NCBI GenBank assembly: GCA_000934665.2
Contig: JYFJ02002276.1
Coordinates: 1-60,077, forward strand
Source: Catajapyx aquilonaris
Lineage: Eukaryota
Reading direction: 5' to 3'
Length of the DNA stretch: 60,077 nt
This document shows, one piece after another, positions 36,501 through 49,700 of the stretch. A program made the translations under genes and the position numbers. Positions within the stretch are counted from its first letter, which is position 1. Every line of letters starts with the position of its first letter. The notes under the pieces are model-generated. The model was not told the DNA's origin. It was given only the letters and a program-made list of their open reading frames with translations, and made no database searches.

Positions 36501-39500
36501 CGTTTTTTTTTGGGGGGGGGGGAGGGGGAGGGCTGGCATGTTGTTGTTCCCCCTGCCTCCCCCTCCTGCGACCCATCATCAATGCTTCCCACAAAATGTC
36601 TCCTTCAACACCCCCTACCAAGACTGAACCATTCCAAGCCGAGTCCGAGGGCAGCCCGTCCTGATTGTGAATTAATATCCACAATGCGCGCTCTGGATGT
36701 CTTCATTCCGGTGCTGTTTACGCAAAGGAGACTCCGGAATGGGGAACATTGACGGCCCCGGATGCTGCTTGGTAAGGTTCATTTTAGGCTTCAGGGTAGG
36801 AAAAGAAGAAGGAAGGAAGGAAGGAAGAAAAGGAACTAAGGAAGTAAAGGACAAACCTGGCCACAGAAGTAATCATGAAGTTAGCGCATAAGATATTGAT
36901 CACCTATGAAACATTTCGAGTTACGCCAAGCACTCCGCAGCACATCTCATTAAGAGCACCCATGTGAGACGGTAATATTCTGCTCTAATTTCGGAGTTGG
37001 GCGTACAGTTCAAGGTAATTACTCTTTCGAAATGTGCGTGTAGGCAGCACTAGGCACTATGCCCATGTGTGCTCAAAGCATGCCGATAAACCTCTTGCGC
37101 TACATGTACTGCCAGGATATTAAAGTAAGTAGCCATGCAAGTTATTCGGGCCGATCATGCATAGGTCGAGCCAATAATTTCATGGTACTCAGAGTTACCT
37201 TATGTATAGGCCTATGTAAAATTATGCCGTCATGACGTATTACTTTGAGTCTTGATATTATACTGTTATGTATACTGTGGATTTAAAATGTAATTTATTG
37301 GGACTCTCAGAGTGGATTACAAAGACATACCGTGTGCTCAAGAACTGTGGTGGAGCAGATCCCTTCAAGATTCGATTTTGTCACGGACAGCCACAATTTT
37401 TAGCGGAAGTTCTTCCTTATTGTCAGATAAAGAAGTTAAACTCAGTTTGGTACCAGTCTATTCTGGTATTGCTGAAAGCCTCAATTTTGCAACCTTATTT
37501 GATTTAAAATCTCCACAGGAGAGCCCATGAACATGAACATGGCAATGGTAGTCTACATAGTGGCTGATTTTTCGAGTTGTCAACAGGTCGCTAAAATTTG
37601 AATTAATGACATTAATATATGTTCGAAATCATGGTTTCCCATAGCATTACCCTATTTCAAGGCGCCTTATTTATGTTGTCATTTTATTAAATCTTTTAGT
37701 GAACACCTAGTAGCGGGCCCGTTTCCAAATTTTAACAACACTTCTTGGCCCACCCGCCCCCACTTGAAAGTAGTGCATAGGCCCCTACCAGTTGGTGTGG
37801 CATAGGCAGTCCCTCTGCACACTACTGCTGCACTAAGGGGAAAAGTAGTACTACAGTACATGCACGTTGGTGATGAGTCACCGCGCGGACAAAGCCCACC
37901 AGGGGCTATGACCAGCGCGTGTCTCGCTTCCTTTGAAGTGGGTCCCACCCTTTCTGACCGCTACATGCCATCTAATTGTTGAACAGGGAAAGTGAAAAAC
38001 TATGGTAACTACTATACATAAGCGATGAGTGTTGACGGACATATAAGCGGAAATAGAGGATAAGGTTATTAGGTAGTCTGGACTCGCTTTGCGAGGCGGG
38101 GGGGGGGGGGGGGNGGGGGGGGGCTTCGCCCCCCCACCCTCCCGCGGGGGTTCAAAATATAGTTATTTAGCATCGCTAGAAAAATAATATCAACATTATT
38201 ACAGGCCACTAGCGTTTCACGCGACGAATTTTAATTGGAAGATATTACAAATGTGGATTTCAGAAATACCGGAATACAAAGCACAACTTTCACTTTTTAA
38301 ACCACTGTCACTAAAATGTAGCGATTCAAGTAAATTCGCTCTTAGAAGCGATAATTCTACTGTAACTTACCATCAATTCACGTTTTTCGTGGAATAATTC
38401 ATGCCATTAGAACGACCATTTTAGTCTGGTTGCCCAGCTCCCAGAAAACATTTTTTCGGCTGGAAAAGTGCCGGAAAGGCATTTTTCCAGCCGGATTATT
38501 TACCTGGAGGTAGTGCAACAGGATATTAATGCTGGGCTTTCCAACAATGTATCTTATTCACTGTTACACTTGACGAGGAGATAGAATTGCAATAAAACAC
38601 AACAGTAACTGCTAACATTACTATATGTCGGATTAGTGAATCTTACAAACCAATCAGTACCTGTATTGTACAGTACATACTGTACGATATTTCCTACAAT
38701 ATATTATCGCCCTCGTAATGCGCTGAAAAATTTAATTGACGCATACGAGGTAAAAATGCCTCAGACTACCAAGTTTACAAAAGTCCATAAGTAGTGCATA
38801 AAAGCAGGGCTCTAGCATTTATATTGTATGTAACAGTACAATCGGATACAATTTAAAAAATATATAATCCAGCACAACAATCACCCATGCAAGTGGGATA
38901 ATTGCATCAAATATATTAAGCAGGTACTAACTGATTGGGCATTCATTGGACCTAACAGTCATCACTAGTCACAGACACTGTGTTTTTCCATTAAGCTGCT
39001 GTTTACTAAGCAGTAACTTTAAACAGTTACTTGTAGCATACAATATACAGTACATGAGTATAATATATGTATGATTAGGCCTGTATATAATAATTATGTA
39101 TTATATCTATAATTATATGTATAAAATACATTAGCATGTTAGGGTGAGTATAAGCAGTCATACACGCTTGAATTGAAATGAATTTCCACACTTAAAGACT
39201 TGCCAAGTGATCTATGTTAATCAATTTAACGGTCTATCCCATTAAAAATAAAAATTGCAGGTTAGACAGGCTCACAGTACTTTTTAAAATATGCCGCCTC
39301 CCCTTGCTGTTAGTAGCTAATCTTTTTGATATCTACTAATGGTAATTTTTCAAAGGTAACTTAAATAATAAACAGTTAAGTTTGAAAAATCGCTTACTAA
39401 AACTGCACCTTAATGTGGTACACTACAAGCCAATAATTGTGATTAAAGTGAGAATGAAGCCAGATTTTTAAGTGCAGCGTGACACAATAGTAACAGCTCA

Positions 39501-40357
39501 AATGAGGTCAATCATCATCTGACCTGGCGTCTACTTCGGGACGCTGAAAGTAACTGCTAAACAAACAAATTAATTCATTTATAAGGCTTACCAGCGGTTT
39601 TCAAACTTCTTGTCTTGCAACCCTTTCGCTTCGGACAAACTTTGCCGGAACTCTATGCAGGCTAAATATTATCCGGTACACCACTTGATGAATGCATGCA
39701 TAACAATAGTATAATTTTCTCCGGTACCGGTAATTATAATAATAATGAATGTCAGTTTTTTAAAAGAAACTACATTATTTTTGTCGATTAGACGTCTCTT
39801 GCTCATCACTTGACATTGACAAACACCGCTTACTGAAATACCGCGTGAGGTAAATGTCTTATCGGTTACATTAATGTCCGGAATTAGATTATAGCTTCGA
39901 ATTCAACCCTAAACTGATATTTCCTACTTTCTTATTTCTAGTTACGAGTCTCTCCGGCAACGTCTTGATTGGATTTTCCGCTAGATTACCCATACGAGAA
40001 AACGCACCGGAAGGCCATTTGAGACATTACACTTGCACCTGCACCATCCCTTCCAGTCTATCCTCATACTAAGTTGTTTAAGAAAAAAAAAACGTACAGT
40101 TGCAGGGAGAAATAAAACATGTTTATCCGGTAACTTTCTTGTAACAATCATGACATTTTCGTGGATTTTCCAAGAAATCATGGCACGTGTCAGTAAGCAA
40201 TTCCTTCAGGTTAGAAGTCAGGTGCCTTATACAGCATGCCAAACTGCCTGAAGGTACAGTATTATTTTGTTGTTGTTTCAGGAGCTAGTTTCTGCTACTC
40301 AACTTTTGTACTGTCGATGTCGACGTAAACTCTTTCTTTAGACTTTTAGAGGTAGCC

Positions 40358-40420
40358 TATATCCTGTGAGTTCTACTACTTTTTGACAAGTACAGCAAGT
40401 AGTAGCACTCACAGGATATA
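40358..40420. repeat. 63-nt hairpin (24-bp stem with 1 mismatch, 15-nt loop)
   Basis: TATATCCTGTGAGTTCTACTACTT (40358-40381) pairs with AAGTAGTAGCACTCACAGGATATA (40397-40420). Confidence 0.9.
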
Positions 40421-40795
40421 CCAAACATGGGCAACAGAGCACACATTTCATCCTAATTTTTCAGTCATTTACTGGTATTATGGCATTAAATGCAATTTAT
40501 CCAGCGTAGTTAAATTAGTCTTAACGTGTGTGAATTTCCCCAGTGCTTTTTATATAGATACGGTCTTCTCCGATTTCCATCGATTATTTTTTTTCCCCTC
40601 ACTCAGAGTGAATTCAGGCACTTTTCTGCACAGGGGGGAAGGAGGGAAAGAATTGGAGCTGATAAGAACCACCTTTTTTTCTCCTCCCTCCTCTTTCGTC
40701 TTGTGGAGTTTCGCCAAATTCTTCCTGATTCTCCACAGCATTTTTACAAGTAAAGGCCAAGCACACATGTCCTGCTCAGTATTCTGACCGCGTTA

Positions 40796-40968
40796 AAACT
40801 ATATCGCGCCGAATACTACTCCGGAAATCCCTGCAGGTATTCCCAACATGGAGGAAGTAGTAAGCACCAGAAATATTGCTGAAAAGTAGTGCAGGGAGAA
40901 TAAAAGATGTGGCAATCTTTCAGCTAATTCATAAGTGCTGCTGACATGGACTCGGGTAATAAAATTAA
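40796..40968. repeat. Diverged ~170-bp direct repeat, copy 1
   Basis: Aligns colinearly with 42143-42313. Shared blocks are GAAATCCCTG..GGTATT.CCAACATG, AGAAATATTG, AGTGCAGGGAGAATAAAAGATG.GGCA, TTCAGCTAATT.ATAA.TGCTG.TGACATGGAC and CGGGTAATAAAATTA. Confidence 0.88.
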
Positions 40969-41820
40969 CGTAAAGATACTGCTGCGCATTTATAATACTC
41001 AGAATTTCCTTAGTTCGCATCATTTTTTTTTACGGCGCAGCACATGTCATGTCCACATTCTCTTCTACCGTGTTTTCCCCCAGGGAAATTTCAACAGTTT
41101 GCCTGCTGAATAACCCGCAAAGATTAAGAGTGAGGGATGAGGCTTATGGCGAGTTTATATCTGGCAGCTTTATGAAGCGTGGTGAACTAATGTATGCATA
41201 AGCCATAAATTTCCATTCAGGCAATGAAGTACACTTTACATGTTTTCAGGTTACAAGAACTACATATCACTGTTCGGTGTTGCTTGATGAATTAATTTCA
41301 GCTATTCATTACACCGTGTTCACGTAATGTCACCGCTCCTCTCATAATGTAAGAATGAAGATTTATAACACACAACCTTTCAAAGGGCACAGTACATTAC
41401 TTGAAATGTTCATTAGAGTAATTAGCGTCCATTAACTGATGCATAATAGGGAACTCAATATAACTACTACCTTGAGCAAAAGGCGTGTAAAGCAAGACCT
41501 ATATCATCGCATTCTCGCGTTCACTGTGTAAAAAAATTCAACGAGAATCTTTACTGATAGTGACGAGAATTGTACAACTAGTCCCTCATTGCACAGTTCG
41601 TGAATATCTTACTTAAAGTAATTGAAAATTTATTTCGCAAAAACCAGTCTAGCCATATACTGTAATACTGTAATAATACGATGACTGCGGCCAAAGCAGA
41701 CCTCCCCAGACAGCTCAAGATCCCTGCAAACTATTTTCCAGAATTAACATAAAATACTGCCATTTATAAATCGAAAAAATGCACAATTTATCACTTTTTG
41801 ACGGGGGCTTGTTTTAGCTT

Positions 41821-42140
41821 ATTTATCTGGGTATAGTTCCTTTACCCATGCGGGGTGTGTCGCACTCTTGTACCATTTTCATATATCGCTGAAACAGGAG
41901 GATGAGAGAAGGTTCCCAAGGGAAGGCTCTTCTGGGTAGTTTTCGAATCATTTCGGACCGTAGGTAATTCCAAACCCTATCCCTTGGCTGAGGGCAGAGA
42001 AGAGAGTGCAAGTCTGCCTGGACATGTCGGTAGAAAAGCCGGAAGAGACCTGGCTAAGCGAAGGCGACGGGGATGGGAATTGAACCTCGGACCTCCTGGT
42101 TGGCTTGTCAGTGGCAAACCAAGTAGACTATTGTGGTCGA
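41821..42140 (-). mobile_element. Decayed tRNA-derived SINE-like element (distinct family)
   Basis: The minus strand has an A-box-like TAGTCTACTTGG and then GGAGGTCCGAGGTTCAATTCCC (B-box at 42076-42086) at tRNA-like spacing, with an A-rich end near 41821. I found no TSD, so the boundaries are approximate. Confidence 0.6.
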
Positions 42141-42142
42141 AA

Positions 42143-42313
42143 TAAAACAATATTGCTCGGAAAACTATTCCAGAAATCCCTGTCGGTATTTCCAACATGA
42201 AAGTAGCTGTAATTTAGGAGAAATATTGTCGAATGGAGTGCAGGGAGAATAAAAGATGCGGCAGTATTTCAGCTAATTGATAAATGCTGATGACATGGAC
42301 GGGTAATAAAATT
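42143..42313. repeat. Diverged ~170-bp direct repeat, copy 2
   Basis: Colinear match to 40796-40968. Confidence 0.88.
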
Positions 42314-45300
42314 ATTTACATAGCTCGCATAATTTTTATGTCCGCCTTTGTAATTTACAAAATGCATTGAATATCACAGTTAACGTGCGCAATGTGGTTT
42401 TGACCTATATTTGTTAATTATCTGGACGTGTCTCCTTCATCACTGACTGCCACTTATAGGGAAATGTCACAATATTGTTGTTGTTTGGCTACATCTGTAA
42501 TGAGAGAAAATTGAAGTGCATTGTTACAGCCACGCGTCAGCTCCATTCAAAGCATTCCAAATTGCCTGCATGCGAGTTGAGGTGAACACTTTACAGGCAC
42601 AGAATTTCTAATGCTTTTGAACCAATTATTAAAATTACAGAATTAGGCAAGCATCCCTTTCAAAAATTAGTTGCCATTATGGGGAAAATGTGGCTTTCAA
42701 CCACGTAATTTTATTACGGTCAGCTCTCTAGTATTTCTATAAAAAGTAAACATTTTTTTCTTATAGGAACACCTGCAACACACGACAAATGTTGAAGGCG
42801 ACGCAACGACTTGCATCGAAACCCAAACATCCCGGAGAGATTCTGGTAGGAAAATAGTGCGAGGGGTGTAATAGACCGCGCACCCTGCTGGGCAGACTAA
42901 ACAGTAGTGATTTGATGAGGAAAAGCCATCCTGTCTTGTCTGCCCCTACACTGTATCCCCCAAGCCGGTAAGCGTCGTAAGCATCCCCTAGCTTGCTCCT
43001 TGCCGGGCCTCGCAGTGAGGCAGTCCGACAGCGACTGCGCTGTCCCCCCGCTCCGGCAGAGTTAAACTCGATTACCCTCGTCCCAACACACAAGGCCCGC
43101 TGCTGTCGTGTCACTACCACTACACTCAACATTTGCGGCAGGATCAGTAATCCCCGGATTTGGCTCCATTGCTCTTTTTCCTCATACGGACGTGACGTGA
43201 CGACTATGGACTAGGGGCCGTGTGATGAGTCCCACGTGCGTTGGGAGTGAAGAGGTTGACTTACTCTGGACGCTATGTGACATAATCGACAGCAGGATGT
43301 GTGCTACTTGTGGCTGAGTTACGGATGTGATTAGAGACCATGGTGTGTGGTGACGATGTCCAGATTTAAAGTTCTGTTTTAGAGTTTGGGTTCGGCGCAA
43401 CAATGACGGGCCTGCCAATTTGGACTTGCCTGCTGCTCTTTTTGGTCTGGATACACGGTAAGTGTCCGGCTACAGGTTTTTCCCGCCTCAACAAATGCGT
43501 GTCAACTAGATATGGGTTTTCGATTTGATTGAATTAGGCCGCAGCCATATTCGGCTCACGCCCACTCCTACCTCCCCCCCCCCCTCCCCAAAACGCTTCG
43601 GCCGGATTGTTAATATTAATCCGTGGAAATCTGGCTCTATTTTACCGTGTGCTGCTCTCGAAACTGAATTTCCCCGCCAGATGCTACAGATATTGGATAG
43701 TGTGTACTACCATTCATATAAACCTATTTTCAGGAGCTAGAAATCCCCGTACTTTGCGAGGCTTAATTATGCCTGAATATTTCCTTCTCCTCTTACGTGC
43801 CAAGTGATGCCCGCATCTCGGAGATTTACCTTCCTACGCCCTTTGTCAGCACTTAATCCTACGAATGCCGGAGAAAAGAGACGCGTCTTCTTAAAGAGAA
43901 TACATCTCGCCAGGCTTTGATCGTTCTACGGTACATCTTTTCGCGCTCCATAAGCTTCCTAAATGCAGGCAGCCCAGCTCGAAGATGCGGCAGTCTATAG
44001 GATAGAGAGAGAAAAACGGAACTAGTCCAAAAAGAAGTATATGTCCGTCGTTGAACAATCCGAAGCCACACCTGCTTTTCGGGTGAAATTCGATCAGAGC
44101 CGAGAGTCGGAGCATGCTGTAAACCAAATGGAAGAGTGCCTCGGCCCCCTTTTACCCCCTCCAGCCTCCACCCTCGTCCCCTTTGCCATGTGATCCTTCC
44201 CATTTGTACTGCTTCTAATCCTGAAACACTGATCCCACAGCCAGTGCGGTAATTACAAGGGAAAGCTCAGCCTGGAGTAGAATGGGACTGATCATTCGAC
44301 TCCGCTCGCAATTTTTCCGCCTTCATTACGATCAGTTTTTTTTGAATACTTGGGGGACTATAAAACACCCCTTATTTTTAGAGGGGTCAGCGTGACGCCT
44401 TCATCTGGACGGAAGGGGAGCCACAAGAGCGTGATAATACACCAGAGATAGGTTTAGGTTCTTGCGAGATATAAAAGGCCACAAAAATGGCGCTCAAGGG
44501 CGATGATATTTTCCGCCAAAAGAAAACGATGTTATCGCGCGAACACTTCAACTGTGCAAGTGGGACGCTGGAGCTGACGACTCTTGCTTCATTTTTTGGG
44601 GATCCTTCACGCTCTACCTGTGCCCCGAACCTAACAAGGTTTTCTGTGTTATGCACTCGAACATTTAATTAATAGGCCTGGAAGTTTGGTCGTGATTGAC
44701 TGCTCTTTATTGCAAGAAATTTATTATATATTTTAAGCACGCACTAACACCTCAGAAGGACTGTACTGTACTACATCGTTGCAGTGTGTTTCGCTTTTCA
44801 ATGCATTAATACTCCCAATAACTTCTAGCCTTGATTAATATCTTTAAATGGAAGGGACAGTGGACTGTGTTGAAATTAGTTGCACATTTTAAAATCAGGT
44901 GGGCACAGCGTAATCAAAATTTACGATACGTGGGGTTGTACAAAGTACGAGAGGTGCATACCAAATTCAATAATAGCATCACAATATGAAATATCAATAA
45001 CAAGTCGCTTGCATATCTTGATGTTGAAATGTAATTCGTGTTAATGTAATAGCGAAAATTATTTTCATCTCACGGATTAATAAATGTGGAATATTTTGCT
45101 AAGTTGTTTGATTGGCCAATGCAAAAAAGGAGTATCCAACCGTATGTATTTGTTGTTTTTTTCAATTATGAAAGTGGGCGCTATCATTCATCGTCAGTAC
45201 TGCAACGTCCATAAATAATAAATTATGCAAAACTGCACATCACGTTCAGTTGAAATGTTAATAAGAGCAAGCGCTAATTTTTTAATCACTCGTATAATAC

Positions 45301-46400
45301 TAGAACCCCACTTCAAATATGAATGAAAAATAATTATATGAATATCAAAAGCTAAATACCGCCGATTAATAACAGCGCATTATGACGCTCAAAGTCGAAA
45401 TGTTTACGTCAACAGCACGAAACATCAAGCCAGTAGGCTTTGATTTGATATCAGCGCACGCCCTCGTTTGATAGAATTCTCCCAACTTTATACCTTTCTT
45501 GGAACAAAAAGGCCGTTCCTCATCCCCAGAGGAGAGGCCAAAGTGTTGAAAACTTGCGCTCTCCAGCGCCCCCTGCCACACTGTTTGTGCTGAAAGCAGC
45601 CTTCATTCTTTCGAGGAAAAGGATAAGACGAGTAGACATACGAGAAAATATAAAGGGGGTTAGAAAAAGAGAAGAGGTCTGGTGTAAAGGGTGGGTAGAT
45701 TCGCCAGTTGGAAATGAGAAGGAGAAAAGTGCCGACGTCGCAATGGCCTCTATTGCAAAAGAATGATCCTACACACTCGCCAAAGTCCACGCGGCGAGCA
45801 ATAATGGGGCCCTAATTCATTCCGGGATGTGACAGGAAAACCGTCCAATTCCATGTCGAAGCCTGGCTCGTCCACGCTGTTTCCACGGATCTCTCCCCAC
45901 CAACTATTTCGCAGCCTATACGGTGCCCAGGAGATTTTATTTAATTACGGCCACGGGATGCTCTCTCTCTCCCTCCCAGATGACAGCTAGGTGATTGGGA
46001 ATGACCCTCCCCGTCAGGATTACCTCCAAAAGGATATAGAAAAAAAATGGCTGACGCTAGCCGATAAGTTGGGCTGATGGAGACGCCAAGTTTGGACGCC
46101 TTGCGAGGGATATGGTGCGAGCACATCATTTTACGGCGGGGGTTAATGAGGAGATAATTAGGAAAAACACGACATTTTCCGTGTCGCTGTACTCTACGTC
46201 ATTGCTGTTATTCGGGGTAATGTAGTGTACAGTACGTGGCGGGAACATGTCCTCCTCCCTGACAGTTATGATTGATTATATCTTCATTTTGCATTCTTTA
46301 TTAAAAGGAAGTTCGGGGAAAAAATCTATGAACTGTCAGGACTACGATATTATTATTACGCAGTTGCCTTTTATTAATAAAATATTACTGCTAATATTAG

Positions 46401-46736
46401 GGAGGCGGATGGCTCTGCGGTAACGTACGCGCCCACTGACGTTAAGGTCCCGGGTTCGATCCCAGCCCGGGGTTGCCCCTTTCATCTCGTGCAGAGTTAA
46501 GTGGTCGTCTCTGGCTTCGTCTCGGGTGGAATCTTCGATAGACAAATCCACCCGGGGGAGTTCACAAAATGTACCACGTTCGACATTGCATTTGCACATC
46601 CCCTCCTGTCATCCCCTATCGCTCGCGGTACCCGGGCGTTACGGAAAAGGACCAACAATGTATCAGCATGCTGTACACCTAAAACAAATAAAGGTACCGT
46701 GCCAGATGCCCATCAATGGGCGGTGCACTAACCCCA

Positions 46737-46782
<46 letters not shown>
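46401..46782 (+). mobile_element. Full-length tRNA-derived SINE, family B, with an (ATT)n tail
   Basis: A-box TGGCTCTGCGG (46410-46420) and B-box GGTTCGATCCC (46453-46463). The 3' end has the stem-loop GCCCA-TCAA-TGGGC and about 15 perfect ATT units. The TSD CTGCTAATATTAG lies at 46388-46400 and 46783-46795 and can be extended leftward into TATTA. Confidence 0.95.
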
Positions 46783-46783
<1 letters not shown>

Positions 46784-49700
46784 TGCTAATATTAGACTGA
46801 ATGGAAATATTAAAATTGGCCACTGGTAGAATCAAAATTGTTCGATCATTAAGCCTCGATACAGTTAAGGAAACTGTCATTTTTATCAATAATTTTGCTG
46901 TGCCGGAAGCAACTATGCAACTATGATAATATTGACCGTTCCGCTGAAACAACATGTGCTTGTGGTGTCAGAAATGTGATAGCTAAAAATATAACTGCGT
47001 CCGTGCAAACAGGTAGCGGTTTTGTCTGTACCGCGGGAAATACCGCTTGATTATCACAATCATATCCTGTGCATGCAGCGATCTTGTACATAACCATTTC
47101 GTATCGAATGCCATTAGCATAAGCCATTCTTAAGGACAGTTTCTTCAGGCGAAAATTGCGTTCACAAAAATCTACACGATTATGATTATTTAAAATACAG
47201 CGAATATTTTTCCAAATTTTAGTCACTCGAAGTTCAAAATAGGGGACTTCTGCATTTGTTATTTTCGAAATCATCCCATATTGGATTATAACAATATTGC
47301 TTTGAAATTCGGGTTAAACGGAGGTGGAAAATCAAGACGAAACGAGCTAGATGAATAGAAATTAGTATATCAATATAATGTTTCCTTGGTGTCAGTAATC
47401 TTATAACTGCACAAACATTGCGTTTGTTATCAACAGGCCCTTGCTTAAAATTTCTGCTGACAAAGTTTGCGCGGGTGGAAACAAGCCTTAACTTGCCTCT
47501 TTGAAAGTCTTTGAGGATCGCCTATATGACACAATTTTATTAGCAGCTTACATTCTTCCCATAGCTAAGCCGGCGTAAGGGTGCCATTCCTCGCCAACAC
47601 TCACCCCACAAATACCTAGTAGTAACAATTACTCAACAGATCTCCAATTAATTTTTCTCACGGTACTTAATCCGCCCCATGATGTATAAGAACTGGGATG
47701 TGCCCACTCTCTCGCCTGGCTAACATTTTTTTATATGCCACAATTTACGTCTGCATAGGACTACCTTAAATTAACAATTTTTTGACGCATGCGCAGTATC
47801 AGAATTAAAATCGTTTTGACTCTAGTTACTATGTCATCCGGCAAGGCAAATGACTGGCTTTGCCCGCCCGCTACTGGGGGACAATGGAGAACAGGGACTA
47901 TCTAATCACAGGTGAAGGTTAACCTGCAGCAACAATTCGATTTAATTTTGACATTTTAAGAGCATATCCGCTCTCCAACTCTATATGCATTTTCTTAATT
48001 TCCGGTAATTAGTAATTCCTAATTTCTCTCCGCTCCAATATCCTTCCATCTCTAAATTGAAAAGCATGTTCTAATTATTCCACCATGTCCCCCCCCCTCT
48101 ATCTCCCTAGCATCCCCCCAAAGCGTGATCCCAATTATTAAAATGAAGTACAATGTTGATAAGAATAAGGCCTACAGTATCATTCGAAAAATGCTAAGAA
48201 TTTACCACATTGTAAACTAATATCAATGTGATATAGGCTACAAACACAACAATGCAACAAGTACTTCCTTTTGAAATGTCACCTCGAAGACACTGCACTG
48301 TCTTGATATGTCCGTCTCAAAAAAATATATATTCATCTCTCTTTTCATGGTAGTAATGCAATAAAAACATCGCATTTACCTTAGCTAAGTTGATGCTATG
48401 GCAGTATGTGTTCCAGTTCTCCAGCAGGCAGGCAGGTTGTTTAGACGATATGTAGTAATAAACTGGAGTGTCCATTCCGGTTTGAAATCCGCACGCACTA
48501 CATGATTGTGGAAGTGTTCTGTCCACACTCAGACTGAGAAGTAAAAATGTGTTGCCTTCATGCTAGCATTCTGCAGGCTGCATTTTATCATCTTACAGTG
48601 GGGAGAGGTGAAAAAAATAGAAGAAAATCATTTCTCCGGAAGAATGGGGCGACTTTGCCCTAGTGAACCCTGATATGTGTTACTGTATTACGCAATGATT
48701 GGATGACAACATTGCGATCAGAAACACAATTGCACAATCAAGCTGAAGCACATGTACAATGATGTATCCTTAAATGGATCTTTGATCCACAATATTTTAT
48801 CCGATCCTACAGTGCTGGGGTCTAAAGTTGAAGTTGAAGCAAACTTTTATTTCCTGAATTCCGGAGAAAACACGGCCCAGCTGAAGAGGTGTCCATTAAG
48901 AAGTTGGTGACCCAGATGCAGCCCACAATACGACCCAGGTTGTCGGATCAGGTCTCTAAGGAACGCCTACGTGCTCTTTGGAGAGTGCACAGCCAGGTTT
49001 GCGGCTCACTTGAATGGCCAAACTTTCACTCTTGCCGTCCCAAAAACTTGTACATTTAGCCCGGGCATAGTATATAATATTTATAAAAAAATAATGAACA
49101 CGAAAATGATCGGAAGTGTACCTTATTGTAGCCTCGCAGAGTTTCTTTTTAAAACTGCTTGTAAATAAATTTGAAAGAATGAGATACTTTTTGAGGGATT
49201 CTCATCCTCCGGTGAATTTGCAATCTCCTCAATTAAAAGCCTGTTCGCATCTTGTAGCCTTTCATTCTGCAGCCTTTTATAGAAGTTTTCTGAAGAGGAA
49301 AAAACGCGACTTTATCTTAGAACCACCTTTCATAGTTTACAGCAAACTTCTCCATAGCCACAGGCATTCTATGCGCTGGAAAAAAAAGTATTGTACACAT
49401 AAGGTTGCTTAATCTCCCAAAGGTGAAGCAGTTTAAAATATCGGCAGTTGGTATAATGTACATTATTGAGATTGATGTTTCAATGCAGAATAGTAACACA
49501 AAACGTGATAATTTTTGCATAGATACAGTATATAATTCAAGCTGACATTGCCCTGACTGGCCCTACCCATGAAGACTGGACTAAATTAAAGCAGTGTCAT
49601 TACAAAGTTACACAACTCCAGGGTGAAATTTATGACCCTGACAAAAGGTGACAACTTTAGTTAGACTATAATAACCTGCTGATGCGATGCTGCCATGTCA

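Noticed and set aside
40799..42198. Similar peptides MLGIPAGISGVVFGAI and MLEIPTGISGIVFRAI as mutually exclusive exons
   Set aside because: The similarity simply reflects the DNA duplication. Copy 2 has an in-frame stop and compensating indels just upstream, and no splice sites are conserved.
43222..43252. Hammerhead-like GTGATGAG-TCCCA..TGGGA-GTGAAG (also CTGAAGATGGCAG on the minus strand near 55598)
   Set aside because: The catalytic core residues (the C of CUGA and the GAAA after stem II) are not intact.
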